Assembly (NCBI RefSeq): GCF_006345805.1
Contig: NC_043005.1
Location: forward strand, 87,110,001 to 87,174,000
From: Octopus sinensis
Lineage: Eukaryota
DNA: 64,000 bases
Direction: 5' to 3'
Shown here: piece after piece, positions 36,079 to 49,387 of the stretch
Position numbering within the stretch: the first letter of the stretch is position 1
Layout of the letters: the number at the start of each line of letters is the position of its first letter
The notes under the pieces: generated by a model
Database searches by the model: none
Seen by the model: only the letters and a program-made list of their open reading frames with translations
What the model was told of the DNA's origin: nothing
Made by a program: the position numbers and the translations under genes

Positions 36079-37427
36079 GATACCTTTATCTACCTCGGTA
36101 CGAATTCCCTGAACCCTCCTCCTTTTTTCCATACCAATTTTTTTCTTAGTTTATCTTTTATATATCATTTCCTGACTTTATTTTTAATCTCCTGTCTTTA
36201 CATATATTTCTTATTAATTTGCTATTATTTCCTATTATTTTCGTTTCTTATCGTTGTATATTTTCCTTATTAATTTCTTGTCCTTTATGTTTTTTTCATT
36301 GTATATTATTAAATCGTGATATAATATTGAATTTCTTTACATTTCACATTCACATATATTAGTATAACATTCTATGAGTTGCGAAGTTTGTTACATCTTC
36401 TCTCTGCACATATGCTTGGTAAGATATGGCTCTTTATGGCTCTTGAATGATATATAGTTACTTATAATTGCACTATAGAATTATACCATAATCTTTATGT
36501 AAACGTATATATATATCAAAATAAGCAACAAGGATATCAAAGCAGTGTAGTACAATCGTTTCATGCTACTTCATTTAATTAAACACCGTAAGTATTACAT
36601 CAGTTTTAAAATGTAGAACACTCTTCAGCCACATATACAATTTTTTAATTGAATAGACAATGTTCATTTTTATACTTATTCTATTTGCCAACATTACAAA
36701 GAGGGTAGTTATATAGACAGAGAGGTTAATTTCATCATTAAGAACATGGTAGTAGAAGGTCCTTCTCCATGGGCAGATTTTTTATCACTTATCTCGATTA
36801 TAATCACCCCATTTGATTTATATGGATAATACAATATTAACTTTTGGTGCCTCTAACTTAAGTACCATATTCATCTGAATCTAAATTTTGCTGAACTTAT
36901 ATATATATATATATTGCATGTATGTATGTATATTTATATATATGTATGTATATATATATGTGTGTGTATGTATATTAATCCTTTTTTGTATATGTATTTG
37001 TTTGTCATATATTCTTTTTATACTGTTATATCTAATTATATCCATACACAATTTTCGTAGCTGTTAATTTTTTCTTGTATACTTACATTTAATTATGTCT
37101 ATATATTATTGAATCATTTATCTTATCATACTACTTCTAACCGCTTACTTCCAATCAATACATAATATGTATACTTTTCCAGATAAATTTCATATGAAAA
37201 TCGTGATCACTGATTGCCTGGTCTTTGTAGCGACCACCTAATACTTATGTAATGATGAGATATTAGGGTGATTTCACATGTTCGTCATCTCCTTTTCAAT
37301 GTTGATACTGATCTGTATATCCCTCTTATTTAACAGGGTTCTAATGCATTCTTATAGTTTTTTTTCAATATATTTTTTATATTTTAATTTCATTTTTATA
37401 CTGCATAACATTACACGGTCTTTAATG

Positions 37428-37825
37428 CAGCGAGCAGGCAGAAACGTTAGCTCGCCGGGCGAAATGCTAAAGAGTGTTTTGTCTGCTGCTACGTTCTGAG
37501 TTCTAATTCCACCCAGAGTGAACTTTGCCTTTCATCCTTTCGGGATCGATTAAATAAGTACCAGTTACGCACTAGGGTCGATATAATCGACTTAATCCGT
37601 TTGTCTGTCCTTGTTTGCCCCCTCTGTGTTTAGCCCCTTGTAGGTAGTAAAAAAATAGGTGTTTCGTCTGTCTTTAAGTTCTGAGTTCAAATTCCGTCCA
37701 GGTCGACTTTGCCTTTCATCCTTTCGGGGTCGATAAATTAAGTACCAGTTACGTACTTGTGTCGATCTAATCGACTGGCCCCTTCCCCAAAAATTTCTGG
37801 CTTTATGCCTAGAGTAGAAAATAAT
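37428..37825 (+). mobile_element. Dimeric SINE
   Basis: Colinear with 34682-35045. Confidence 0.85.
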
Positions 37826-37829
37826 ATTA

Positions 37830-38500
37830 CATGGGGTTTTCCTATACCTTGATTAAATTTTTTTTCCCTCTGAGCCCTTAATATTTTCCTAATCCCAGTA
37901 TAGCATCCTATGATTCATAGCGTACTCCCCTTTCATTGATGTCAACCCAGCCTCTTTTATGAGCTTTTGCTGCTATCTGATTGACCCCTTCAAAAGTGTA
38001 TTTCTTGTTGTGACCAGGGAATTTTATGACAGTATGAAATTAAAGTTTGCTTCTTTTTGTGGTGAAATGTATCTATGGCATTAAGAAATTGAGGAACAGG
38101 AGAAACATCTAGTAATATTTATTTATAACCAGCAGCCAGCTATGATCTATCAACTCACAATCTCCTTTATTCTCAATAAATGTAGTATTCAAGCCTTAGA
38201 TATTTGCTGATGATAAGAAGGTGGATAAAAAATATTAGAAATTAATTATAATCCTATGACCCTCATTGTGTTCCACGCCAATCCAAAACTTAGAATATTT
38301 TTGCTGCAATAGAGACAGCATGAAATTCTTTCCTCCTTTAGCTCTGACAAAATGTTTGAGAAAAATTGTATTAATATATGTTGTCTGTTGAAATTCCATG
38401 TTTATTGCAACTGAAGATAGCATTTTATTTAAATTTTTGTAATGGTCGTATTGCACTAATACGGCTTATTTTCATCTTGACCTGGATTCTCAACGTTAGG
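37830..38500 (-). pseudogene. Possible highly decayed GIY-YIG/PLE fragment
   Basis: Only a weak GQS...KRLG*H pattern at about 37935-38000. Confidence 0.25.
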
Positions 38501-38598
38501 ACCTAATTCAACTTATCCTAATCATTTATATATATATATATATATTTATGTATATATATGTGTGTGTGTTGTATGTAAATGTATGTGTTTATATGTTT

Positions 38599-38658
<60 letters not shown>

Positions 38659-38785
38659 GGCACCATGTTGCCAAGTGGTATCCAAGAAGTTAAGCGATTT
38701 CCGACAAGATGGTAAAGAACGATGCAATGAAGAAACAATTCGAAGTGTATTGTGACCAGCGATATTTGATCGTCTGGTCGATAGA

Positions 38786-38820
<35 letters not shown>

Positions 38821-38822
<2 letters not shown>

Positions 38823-38903
38823 TTTATTTAAAGCAGCAGAATATTCAGCAAAACCTGTTACTCTGAGTTTCACGTTGCCGTTCGTCGGACAGTTTTACTC
38901 CTG
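38821..38903 (-). ncRNA. ~85-bp (TA)n-flanked insertion consisting mostly of a type I HHR motif (U4C core variant)
   Basis: AAAACUGU-CCGACGA-ACG GCAA CGU-GAA-ACU CAG AGU-A|ACAGGUUUU at 38850-38896; cleavage between 38859 and 38858. Confidence 0.65.
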
Positions 38904-39678
38904 TATATATATATATAATATATATATATATATAATATATATATATATAAAGATAGATAGATACATACATACATATATAAACACATATATATATATGTGT
39001 GTGTGTGTGTGTATTATATGTAGGGAGAGAGACAGACAAACAGAGAAATAACAAGTAAAATGTATGCAATGGTCAACCATTGAATAATTGGTAAAATTCT
39101 GTTTGAAATTGCCGTTGCCGCATTAACACCAATCGTTCCATTAACACACACACATATACACATATACACACGCATATGTATATATAAATGATCACGCCAA
39201 TAGAAAGAGACATGGCTAAAAGCGTCAATTGTACGCAGTCTTTCATTGACAACAAGTACTATCACCCCCACCACCGCCACCACAATAATAATAATACTAA
39301 TAACAGCAACAAAACGACAGGAACAACACAGCAACAACAGCCGTCGTATTAGCAACGATATTTATTAGTAACGAGTTGGCAGTTTAGATCGCTATATTAA
39401 AAAGCTTCAGTTAATAACAAAGGCTAATAAACGATTAATATACACAACGATTGATTAAGCAAAACAAAGAATAGGCAAAACTGATAATTTGTCTTTGAGG
39501 TTCGGAAACGTTAGTGAATGGTTCTTCTGCATGGTATAGCATCACCTTGATCAATACTCGATACATAATTCCGCTTACTTTTTAATTATGTTCATTATCT
39601 TTCGTTTTGATTTGTTTTATATTTCTTATTATTTTTCTAAATATTATTTTCTTCTTCGTCGCCGTCGTCTTCATGATA

Positions 39679-39709
<31 letters not shown>

Positions 39710-39901
39710 TCTCCACTCTCTCTCTCTCTTTCTCTCTCTCTCTGTCTCTCTTGCTTTTTTTCTCGTTATCACTTTCTTCTTCAAACCAATTTAATATTTG
39801 TGCAGCAAGTCTCTGAAGCGGAAATATGGAAATCGAAATCAATCAGCTGTAACATGCAACATTGTCATGACTCCAGCATAGATATTTTGTGAGGAGGATG
39901 G

Positions 39902-39913
39902 CACTACCACCAC

Positions 39914-39948
<35 letters not shown>

Positions 39949-39988
39949 CCGCCACCACCACCACCACCACCATCGACATCATCATCCC

Positions 39989-40023
<35 letters not shown>

Positions 40024-40310
40024 CCACCATCATCATCATCATCGTCATCATCATCATCATCATCATCTTCATCATCATCGTCATCATCATCATCATCACC
40101 ACCACCACCACCATCGACATCATCATCCCCATCATCATCATCATCACCGTCACCATCGACATCATGGTTATCGTTGTCGTTATTATCATCATCATCAACA
40201 TCATCATTGCCAATGCAATCCTCATAATAATCGTTAACACAACGAACACCGTCATAATTATCATTAACTCCAACACCATCGTTGTCGTAGTCGTCGTCGC
40301 TGTCGTCAAT
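39902..40310. repeat. (ATC)/(ACC)/(GTC) trinucleotide field with an internal ~141-bp duplication
   Basis: catcgacatcatcatcccc occurs at 39971 and 40112. Confidence 0.9.
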
Positions 40311-41350
40311 ATGATCGATATCTTCACGTGATAGGATAAAACTGGATGTACGGTATATATGTAAGTAGTGTGCGTTTATATGTGTGTATATTTGAGTTGT
40401 TTAGAAAATGAAAAAGGAGGGGTAGCATGAGTAGAATGAGAGATGGATAACGAGGAGGCAGATTATGTAAACTGAATGATAAACTCGACGAGAGAGAAAG
40501 TCAGAGAATGTGTAAGAGGTAAATAGCAAGAGAAAATATATTTTAAGCGAGAAAGAAGAAAAAAGTAGAGAAATATTACACGAGAGAGACGGGATGGGAA
40601 AGCAAGGGGTAGTTTGAGAGGGGTGATCACAAATGAAGTTGTAGAGACAGAGAGAGAGCGGTAGAACGGGATAGAGTGGGGGAGGGAGAAAGCCGCTCAA
40701 TCTATGTACTTGCCACCAGACTGAGCATCTGTTGTTGTATATCGAGTAATGATAGGGAAAGAGCAGCTGGCATATCAGAACTTTCCTGTGACCAACAGAC
40801 AGGAGAAGAACTATAGAACTACACGTTTTTGTTCTTTGTTCGTCGATTGCATTTGTTTTTATGGAGGTCATGGTTGTTGTTTCATTTTTATGTTATTTAT
40901 ATACATAAAACGAAAATAGGAAAATTATTAAGAATATAATAATAAAAGAGCATCGGTTCATTTTTGACAGTGGCATGTTGTCATTAACTTCATAAACCTA
41001 AGATGATAAATGATATCATTTTCGAAAAGAAATTTAAATACGAACGCAAGAATGAAATGTGGGTAAAACAACAAAACGTATTGATAAGATATACAAAAAT
41101 AAATAACTGTTTTATTTGATTGGAGCGCAGACCATATAATTTGCAACACTGAATTCTGGTGAAACAAGTGTATGGTGATGTCTGCATTTGAACATATGTG
41201 TGCCTAAGTATACACATACATACACACACACATTAACACACGCATACACACACAGATATATATACATACACGTATATATATACACACACATATATGTAAA
41301 TATATATGCACTTACATATGTATACACACACACAGACACAGACACACGGT

Positions 41351-41700
41351 GTGTCGCCTAGTGGTTATGCGCGTTGCACTTACAATCCTGAGGTCGTGGT
41401 TTCGATTCCCAAACTGGCTGCTGTTTGCCTATATATGTTGATCTGAAGGCAATTAGCGTAGTGGGTATGCGCGTTGCACTTACAATCCCAAGGTCGTGGT
41501 TTCGATTCCCAAACTAGCTGTTACTTGCCTACAGACGTTTAAGTGGAAGCACGCGGCCTAATGGTCATGCGCGTTAGATTTACAATCCTGAGGCCATGGT
41601 TTCAAATCCCAAACTGGCTGCACGTTGTGCTCTTGACCAAAACACTTTTCGGCTCAGTTGTAAATACGTAATCTAGCAATGGAATACCCTTCCGATCCAG
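41351..41700 (+). mobile_element. Three tandem tRNA-like SINE heads (100-bp period); only the third continues into a SINE body
   Basis: atgcgcgtt at 41367, 41467 and 41567; each unit has an A-box-like agtgg/aatgg and a B-box-like ggtttcgattccc. Confidence 0.8.
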
Positions 41701-41804
41701 GGGCATGTTAGCCTGCACACCTAAACAATACAAAATGCAAATTGCATTGTGACCAGCGATGTATAACATGCAATAATCTTTATTATCCCGTTATATATAA
41801 GTAT

Positions 41805-41849
<45 letters not shown>

Positions 41850-41952
41850 AAAAACGGTAAGACAAATGGCGGCGTGGATTTCCACCTCGGCATCCGAAAC
41901 TCGGAGTTTTATCATCGCTACCGAATAATTGTCACATATTACATTTACAGAT

Positions 41953-42010
<58 letters not shown>

Positions 42011-42264
42011 AATATACGCATACATAGATGTGTGTGAATGTATGTTTTTGTCTGAAATGTTTCAAATAGCTAACAACGTTTGCATATTAATACTTTTAAT
42101 AACGAATAAATATTATTTTGTTAGTCTTTTGGAATGGAATGTAGTATTACGTACGTTAGGGCTGCGCATTCTCATAAAAACTTGCTTTTTCTGGTTTCAA
42201 TTTATAAGTCTGAGAATTGTATTTTTTGTCTTTTCCTTTTCTTTTGTTTTGCTTTTTTTAAAGT

Positions 42265-42525
42265 AAGGCAATGAGTTGTAGAGGCTCGTGGCTTGGTGGC
42301 TAGGGTGTCAACATCATGATCATGAGATTGTGGTTTCCATTCCTGGACCGGGCGACGCGTTGTTTTCTTGAGCAAAACACTTTATTTCTCCAGGGATCCA
42401 GTCTACCCAATTGGCAAAATAAGTAACGCTGCGAAGCACTGGCGTCCCATTCAGCTGGTTAATACATACGCCACGGAAACCGGGAAACCGGACCCATGAG
42501 TCTGGCTAGGTTTTAACAAGGGCGC
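42265..42525 (+). mobile_element. tRNA-derived SINE
   Basis: cgtggcttggtggctaggg head, ggtttccattcc B box, ttcttgagcaaaacactttattt body. Confidence 0.7.
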
Positions 42526-42635
42526 ATTTATTATTATTTTTTTTTAAAGGCAGTGAGTTGGCAGAATGGTTAGAGCATCGGAATAAACGACTTGCAGTAT
42601 ATTACTGTTGTCAGTGTCAATAAAATAAAGAAACG

Positions 42636-43380
42636 TTGGCAGAAACGTCAGCCCGTCGGATGAAATGCTTAGAGGTATTTCGTCTGTCTTTACGTTCTCT
42701 ATTCAAATTCCGCCGAGGTCAACTTTGCCTTTCATTCTTTAGGGGTCGATAAATTAAGTACCAGTTGCATACTGGGGTCGATCTAATCGACTGGCTCCCT
42801 CCCCCCCAAAACTTCGGGCCTTGTGCCTAGAGTAGAAAAAAAAATTAAAAAATTAAGTTCCAAGGCGGCGAACTGGCAGAAACTTCAGCACACCAGGCGA
42901 AATGCATAGCAGTATTTCGACAGTCTTTGTGTTCTGAGTTCAAATACCACCTAGGTCTACTTTCTCTTTCATGCTTCCGTGGTCGATAAATTAAGTACCG
43001 GTTGCGTGCTGGGATCGATCTAATCGACTGACCCCTCCCCAGCAATTTCGTGCCTTGTGCTTAGAAGAGAAAAGAATACAATAAGGTTCCACTAAAGTGC
43101 TGGCGTCGACGGTTTCATTTAATGCATTCGCCCACACTTCCCGACCGGGTGCCGAGATAAGAATCCAAGGAGGCGAAATGTCAGAATCATTAATGCGTCG
43201 GGAGAAAAACCTTACACTAAATTATCCGGATCTATGTATTCTTAGTTCAAATCCTACCAAAGCCAACCTTGACTTTTAATTTTTATAATCGATAAAATAA
43301 AATATTAGCCAAGAACTGGGCCGTTGTTATCGATTACTTGTCCCACTTCAAAATTACTGGCTTTTCGCCCTAATCAAGAC
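42636..43380 (+). mobile_element. Three serial SINE monomers of increasing divergence (about 42636-42845, 42860-43078, 43090-43380)
   Basis: Each has gaaatgc..., ttcaaat... and gtcgataaa...gtacc domains. Confidence 0.75.
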
Positions 43381-45474
43381 CAATTATAGGTAATTAAAGT
43401 TGATATTCTTTCGTTACTGTCAGGTAATTTAGAGAGATATCTATGCAATTAAAATTTAAGTGTTAAGACTTTGATGCGTATCAACATTTGTCAAATACAT
43501 CAAAAGTGTTTTCTAAGTATTTCTTGGCACAGGAATTCCTTGAAAGTGGTGAAGACCTTGGACCGAATCTTAAACAATACGAACAATACAGCTTCATCTC
43601 TATGTCGATTTCTTGGGACCATGCTGACTGAAGAATGAAATTTCACACACATAAACACACGCACACACATACATATATACACATATAAAAGTGTGTGTGT
43701 GTGAGATATATAAAGGAACGTAGCTTATTCCCGATCGCTAGATCGTAGGTTCCGTTCCCGGGCCGGGCTGCATGTTGTGTTCTTGAGCAAAACACATTTT
43801 ACGTTGTTCTGCAAATTGCAAAGTGTTAGAATCGTTGGCGCGTCGGCAGAGCTGCTTTATTGTATATTTTTAGGTCCTCTGCATTCTGAGTTCAAATCCC
43901 ACCTGCTTCGAGACGAGAAACTACTTCAGTATTCATTCGACGTCTTGACATGGATGGCTGTAGTTCCAATTGTCTACATAACGGAAACAGGGTAAGGTAC
44001 AGACCATCCCAGATCGCATAGAGAGTGCTGGAGAAGGTTCACAAGCACAGGACCTGCCAAAGAGCAGACCATGACTTGGTATCTGTACGCATGTGAAATT
44101 ACATTCAGCTTCAGACGGTCAGTCGTTTCGGGTATTTTTACACGAATCAATAGGGAGAAGAGAAACTGAGATTGGAAGATAAATTTATCGTAAAAATTAT
44201 CAAAAAAATGATGGTTTAATATCAACTGGAATCTAAGCGCAGGCAAAGCTGTGTGGTTAAAGAGTTTGCTTTATAACCACCTGTTTCAGGTTCAGCCCTA
44301 ATCTACGGCCTTTGAGGGTGCTCCATTCTATTAAAAATTCGAATCGACCAATGGTTTGGGAGTAAAATCGAAAGACAGAAAACGTCGTATATAGGAGCGC
44401 ATGTGTGAGGAGTATGTTTGTGTGTGCGTATGTGCGGTGTGTGGGTGTGTGGGTGGGTGTGGTATGTGTGTGGTGTGTGTGTGTGTGTGTGTTCGCAACG
44501 CTTGACACAAGTTGTTGCTTTCGTTACCAAACTTTAGCTTCCTAGTTTGGCAACGAGGCTTGGTAGAACACTGTACGTAGATATATGCATCGGAGGGGAG
44601 ATTCTACAATGAATTCCTTCCAAACTTATAATTGTCAAAGATTAAAAAAGAAATATTTGGAATAACAAAACTAAAATATAGCAAAATAATTCGAGACTTT
44701 CAACAGAAAATGGGCCCCAAAACCAGAGTTGTATGTTGGATTGGCAATAAATTAAGAATAAATTTTACATTCAAAAATGACAAATTTAAAAGAAAATATA
44801 TTTCGCAATCAAAATTCATTTATTGAATAATTATTTTATAACAGTTAAAATCCAATTCGCATTCAACACACTTGAAATCTCGAGTTCCTTTCCAAAAGAC
44901 TCGAATATCCGAGCTTTTCTTTTCAGGTTGTGTCACGCATGTCAATTAGACGTTGCAGCAAATTTGTTTTAATAAATTTGACAAAACATTTTGCAATTAG
45001 ATTTTAAAATGCCCACTTTTACTCCCCGATTCGAGGTTACTTTCTTTAATTTTGTTGTTTTTTATTCTACAACGATTAGTCCTTCACAAACATGTTGCAT
45101 ACTTCACAAATGCCGCGCAGAATTACATTTAGTAACTAATGTATATTGCAGTATTTAGCAAAGTATAGACTCGACTTCAGCATACGAGTATACGCATGTG
45201 TGTGTATTTGTGTGTGTGCGTGTATGTATTTGTATATGAATTGACATTTGACATCAAAAATGTTCACCTCGAATCCTTTCCGTATAAGTATTAAAATTCA
45301 ATGTGAATAGCAAGTGAATGAAGTTTTCCTGTATTTATTGATTGTTTTTGGAAATAACAAAAACAAGCAACACAGGGAACGGAGAGTAGAGCAGAAACAG
45401 CTGCAAGCCAGTGAAGTACATTACATAATTACTTGTCTTTGTCATATATATGTATATTTACAAACATACACATT

Positions 45475-45533
<59 letters not shown>

Positions 45534-45568
45534 ATCTTAGTGTGTGTGTGCGCGTATACCAGATAGTA

Positions 45569-46130
45569 CAGGTCGTGTTAAAATGTTTTCGGACTGTTTC
45601 GGTAGCGTGCCAACAGATGACAGCACATAGATTCGTGCGCACGTAGAACAAGCGGTGACCTCTGTGAGGCATCTTGCCGAGTTGCATCGTTGTGTTTACT
45701 CCGCAAATTGTGAAATTTGAGTTATTGTGATCGTGTAAATTCTGGAGTCTGTGATTTTTGTCACGGAAAGGAAGTCGTAACAAAGACCCAACGTAAAATT
45801 TTGCGTTAAACTTGTGAAGTCTGCTACAGAGATATTGAGCATCTGTCAGCAACTTTACAGCATCGAGGCAATAACTCGTTCGCATTATTTCAAGGAGAGG
45901 TGCTTCAAATGTGGAAGAACTTCCTGGAAGAGGATGAGCAATCTGGAAGACCTGCCACAAGCGTCACCCACCCCAGAAATGGGGGGAAAAGTCATTCGAT
46001 TACGCTTCAGGATCGTCTGAGGACAATCAACGCCGTTTTTATGTGCTTGAGACAGGACATTCGGCGAAAGCAACCGGATCTGCGGGGTGCGGCTAATTGG
46101 ATTCTTTGCCCTGGATAAAACTGGACTCTT
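45569..46130 (+). pseudogene. Internally deleted mariner relic
   Basis: QRPNVKFCVKLVKSATE...QQLY...EDEQSGRPATS and RKQPDL..ANWIL; left end TA-caggtcgtgttaaaatgttttcggactg is TIR-like. Confidence 0.7.
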
Positions 46131-46519
46131 TCTATGATGAGAAATCACTCCAATACACCACGACGTTTGAACCTTTTGAATCTTTTGAACTTTTCTAAAG
46201 TTTTTTGTACTTTCTATGGGATGACGTTATCAGCTGGGGAGCTGAATGGAACTTGGGGTTAACCAGAAATGGAAGGGGCAGGGGTGACGCGTGCGCAGGC
46301 ACAGCAGCAGCGGACTTTTTCGATCGAGATAGCCGAGCGAGTTGGATATGTGAGCTCGTTGTTAAGGTTGTGGAAAAGCAGCTGCTATTTCTAGTGTTCG
46401 GGTCGGGCAACGTGGAAGGGTGCATTACCACTGGGGAGGTCTCCCTCGAGCGAAGAGAAGGTAGGTGTCTTTAAGCGGGTGAGCAGTGGCAGCCTCGCAT
46501 ACAGCACACTTTCTGCCTT

Positions 46520-46705
46520 TTTCTATTGTCGTTTCTCTCTATCCGCACTCGTTCCATGATAGATCGCTATTTTCTCTCCCAGTGTATTTCTGTGTCCCTC
46601 TCTGTAGGCTCGAAACGTAAAAGACTTTCTCACTTCCCGAGCATTAAACTAATACATATGTTTGTTGTTTAAACATCCGCCTTCGTCTTTTTGTAGATTC
46701 TCACT
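46520..46705 (+). mobile_element. Family B short element with the HHR collapsed by a deletion
   Basis: ctgtaggctcgaaacgtaaaagac (46602-46625) equals the 11322-11355 motif with the segment between two gtag repeats removed. Confidence 0.65.
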
Positions 46706-47139
46706 ATATTTACTTTCACCCGGTTTCACTTTTGTATGTTCCTAATTTAGATTGTTCCTTGCTGTTCATTACCACGCTATCTCTACATTAAATACCTATT
46801 TGTAGCTTTGAAAACAATATATTTAAATATTTAAATAATTCTATTAATAGGTTTTAATTAGTCTTGTTGAACTGATCCCTATTTAAGCCCCTATTATTAC
46901 TTTTATTTGCATATATTTGCTTCCTTTTCATTCTTATTTATTTATGTTAAACACTATGTGTCTTTACATGAGCTTCTTAAAATATGTACTTCGGTAACTT
47001 CCCAAGGGAACGCTGTGTATCTGAAATCTTCATTTGTTGTCCAATAGTTCTTTATTGTTTTTATTAGTCTAGCTAAATAATGAATTTTTTTAGGGGTGAA
47101 ATGTTATATTATGTAAGCCTTTATTCATTTATTTATTTT

Positions 47140-47549
47140 CAATCTTTTCTCTTTTACTCTTTTACTTGTTTCAGTCATTTGACTGCGGCCATGCTGGAGC
47201 ACCGCCTTTAGTCGAGCAAATCGACCCCCAGGACTTATTCTTTGTAAGCCCAGTACTTATTCTATCGGTCTCTTTTGCCGAAACGCTAAGTGACGGGGAC
47301 GTAAACACACCAGCATCGGTTGTCAAGCAATGCTAGGGGGAAAACACAGACACACAAACATATACACACACACTTATATATATATATATACATATATACG
47401 ACAGGCTTCTTTCAGTTTCCGTCTACCACATCCACTCACAAGGCATTGGTCGGCCCGGGGCTATAGCAGAGGACAGTTGCCCAAGATGCCACGCAGTGGG
47501 ACTAAACCCGGAACCATGTGGTTGGTTAGCAAGCTACTTACCACACAGC
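47140..47549 (-). mobile_element. Full-length tRNA-derived SINE with internal (CA)/(TA) tract and CR1-like 3' tail
   Basis: Head gctgtgtggtaagtagc...ggttccgggtttagtccc; tail ggcggtgctccagcatggccgcagtcaaatgactgaaacaagtaaaag. Confidence 0.9.
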
Positions 47550-48035
47550 ATTTTTACTTTTTATTCTGTCTCTTTTTTATTTTATTTTATTTATCCTTGT
47601 TTTCATGTAGATATTTTTACGTACCCTAGCATTAATTCGATATTTAAAATAAGTAACAGATATGACGTCGATCGCCGTTTGTTACTGAAAGAATGTTAAT
47701 TTACAAATAGCAACATTCACACAACTTACATTGTACATGCACAGACATACACACATATACTCACACGCTGTTTTCTTTTTCTTTTCAGCGTTGAATATTC
47801 ACCAGCCCAACACACACACACACACGCACAAACGTTTCAACTACCAGTTTGTCATCATCCCTTCCTTTATCATTCATATGTTGTGACGGAGTAAAGCACA
47901 AGAGGATTATTATAGTACATTCTACTGATTAACGTTTCCGTTCAATTTTAAATTGATTTTATAAATAACGTGACGTAAATCCACACATTTTGTGTGTATT
48001 AGCGCGCGCGTGTGTGTATGCTTGTATGTGTGCTT

Positions 48036-48077
<42 letters not shown>

Positions 48078-48850
48078 CGTAAACAGTTTTAAAATAATTT
48101 CCATTACATAACACTCCCTGAATTATGGCTTACAGCTGTTTCCAGTAGTCATTATAGGTACATTACTGATAGGTTTACTCAATTGTTCTATTGATCAATT
48201 GAGGCTAATTGAGCGACCTGAAGAAATTTCTAAACCAGTCAGTGATGTGCCTGTAATGAATACTGAAAACAGCCGTAAGCCAGAGTTGCTCAAATCAAGG
48301 AATGATATGTAATTACCATTATTTTTAGCTTGTTTATTATATACCGCTCTTTGTAAAAACCAGTTTATTCGGAAACCATACACTGATTTACAATATAGAA
48401 TTTTGATGAACCATATTCTGGGGCTATAGTAAATGCTTACCTGGAGGTCTTCACTAATCTAATCTATATTGTTAGGCTGGTGTGCCAACACAGAGCTTAT
48501 GAAGTATTTTGCTCGGGTTGCTAATCCCTCACTATTTGTACTCTCTCTTTCTCCCTCTCTATGTATGCTTTATGTGTGTATGTAACTATGTATGCATGCA
48601 TGTAGTATGTGTCTTTATGCCTCAGAATCTCCCAAAACTGGACACCAATGTCTAAGTGTTATCTTAGCATAATATAATTATCTATGAAGAAAAACAACCA
48701 ATATGAGCGTAATTAACCCCCACAATCTATGAACACGCAAACACTTGCCACATGAATGGTATGAAGAACAACTCAAATTAATGAGACTGAGAATAAAATA
48801 TTCACAAATAGGTGTAATACATTGGTACTCCTATCATCACCATCAACTGC

Positions 48851-49050
48851 CGTGGAGGCGCAATGGCCCAATGGTTAGGGCAGCGGACTCGCGGTCGGAG
48901 GATCGCGGTTTCGATTCCCAGACCGGGCGTTGTGTGTGTTTATTGAGCAAAAACACCTAAAGCTCCACGAGGCTCCGGCAGGGGGTGGTGGCGACCGCTC
49001 TTGTACGCTTTCGCTCCACCTTTCTCTCACTCTTTCTTCCTGTTTCTTGT
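48851..49050 (+). mobile_element. tRNA-derived SINE, 3'-truncated
   Basis: A box tggcccaatgg, B box ggtttcgattccc. Confidence 0.85.
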
Positions 49051-49225
49051 GCCCGACTTTCTACGCCACTGCTGAGGCTGGATGTGCATTCATCCATCCG
49101 TCGATGCTCTCGGTGTCGGGAGTTGACCTGCTTTCTCTTCTGCGGGACTTACGAATAGCAAAGGACCACCATTCGGACTTCTCCCACTGCCAGCTCTGTG
49201 ACGAAGACCGTTTCGCTTAACAGCA
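49050..49225 (-). mobile_element. Probable RTE LINE 5' region fragment
   Basis: Minus strand gcaggtcaactcccgacacc...gaatgcacatccagcc (KAGQLPTP); family assignment is from recall only. Confidence 0.35.
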
Positions 49226-49387
49226 ACAGCAACAGCATCAACTGCCAAACAAATATCATTATGGTTTCTATACCTGGGCAGCACCACTCAGACGCCGATG
49301 TCAACAGTTTTAAACCCTACCTGGGAATCAACAGTAATCAACAGGATCAAAACGTTAGCATACTGTGTCTGTTACGGCATCATCTGC

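Noticed and set aside
36545-36635. Two HHR-like strings on the minus strand (CTGAAGAGTG...; TGAAGTAGCATGAAACGATTGTA)
   Set aside because: Each lacks half of the core; possibly old PLE ends but not supportable.
41351-41620. Functional tRNA genes (also SINE heads at 48851, 35745 and 27340)
   Set aside because: A/B boxes are present but the acceptor and anticodon stems do not pair, and they run into SINE bodies.
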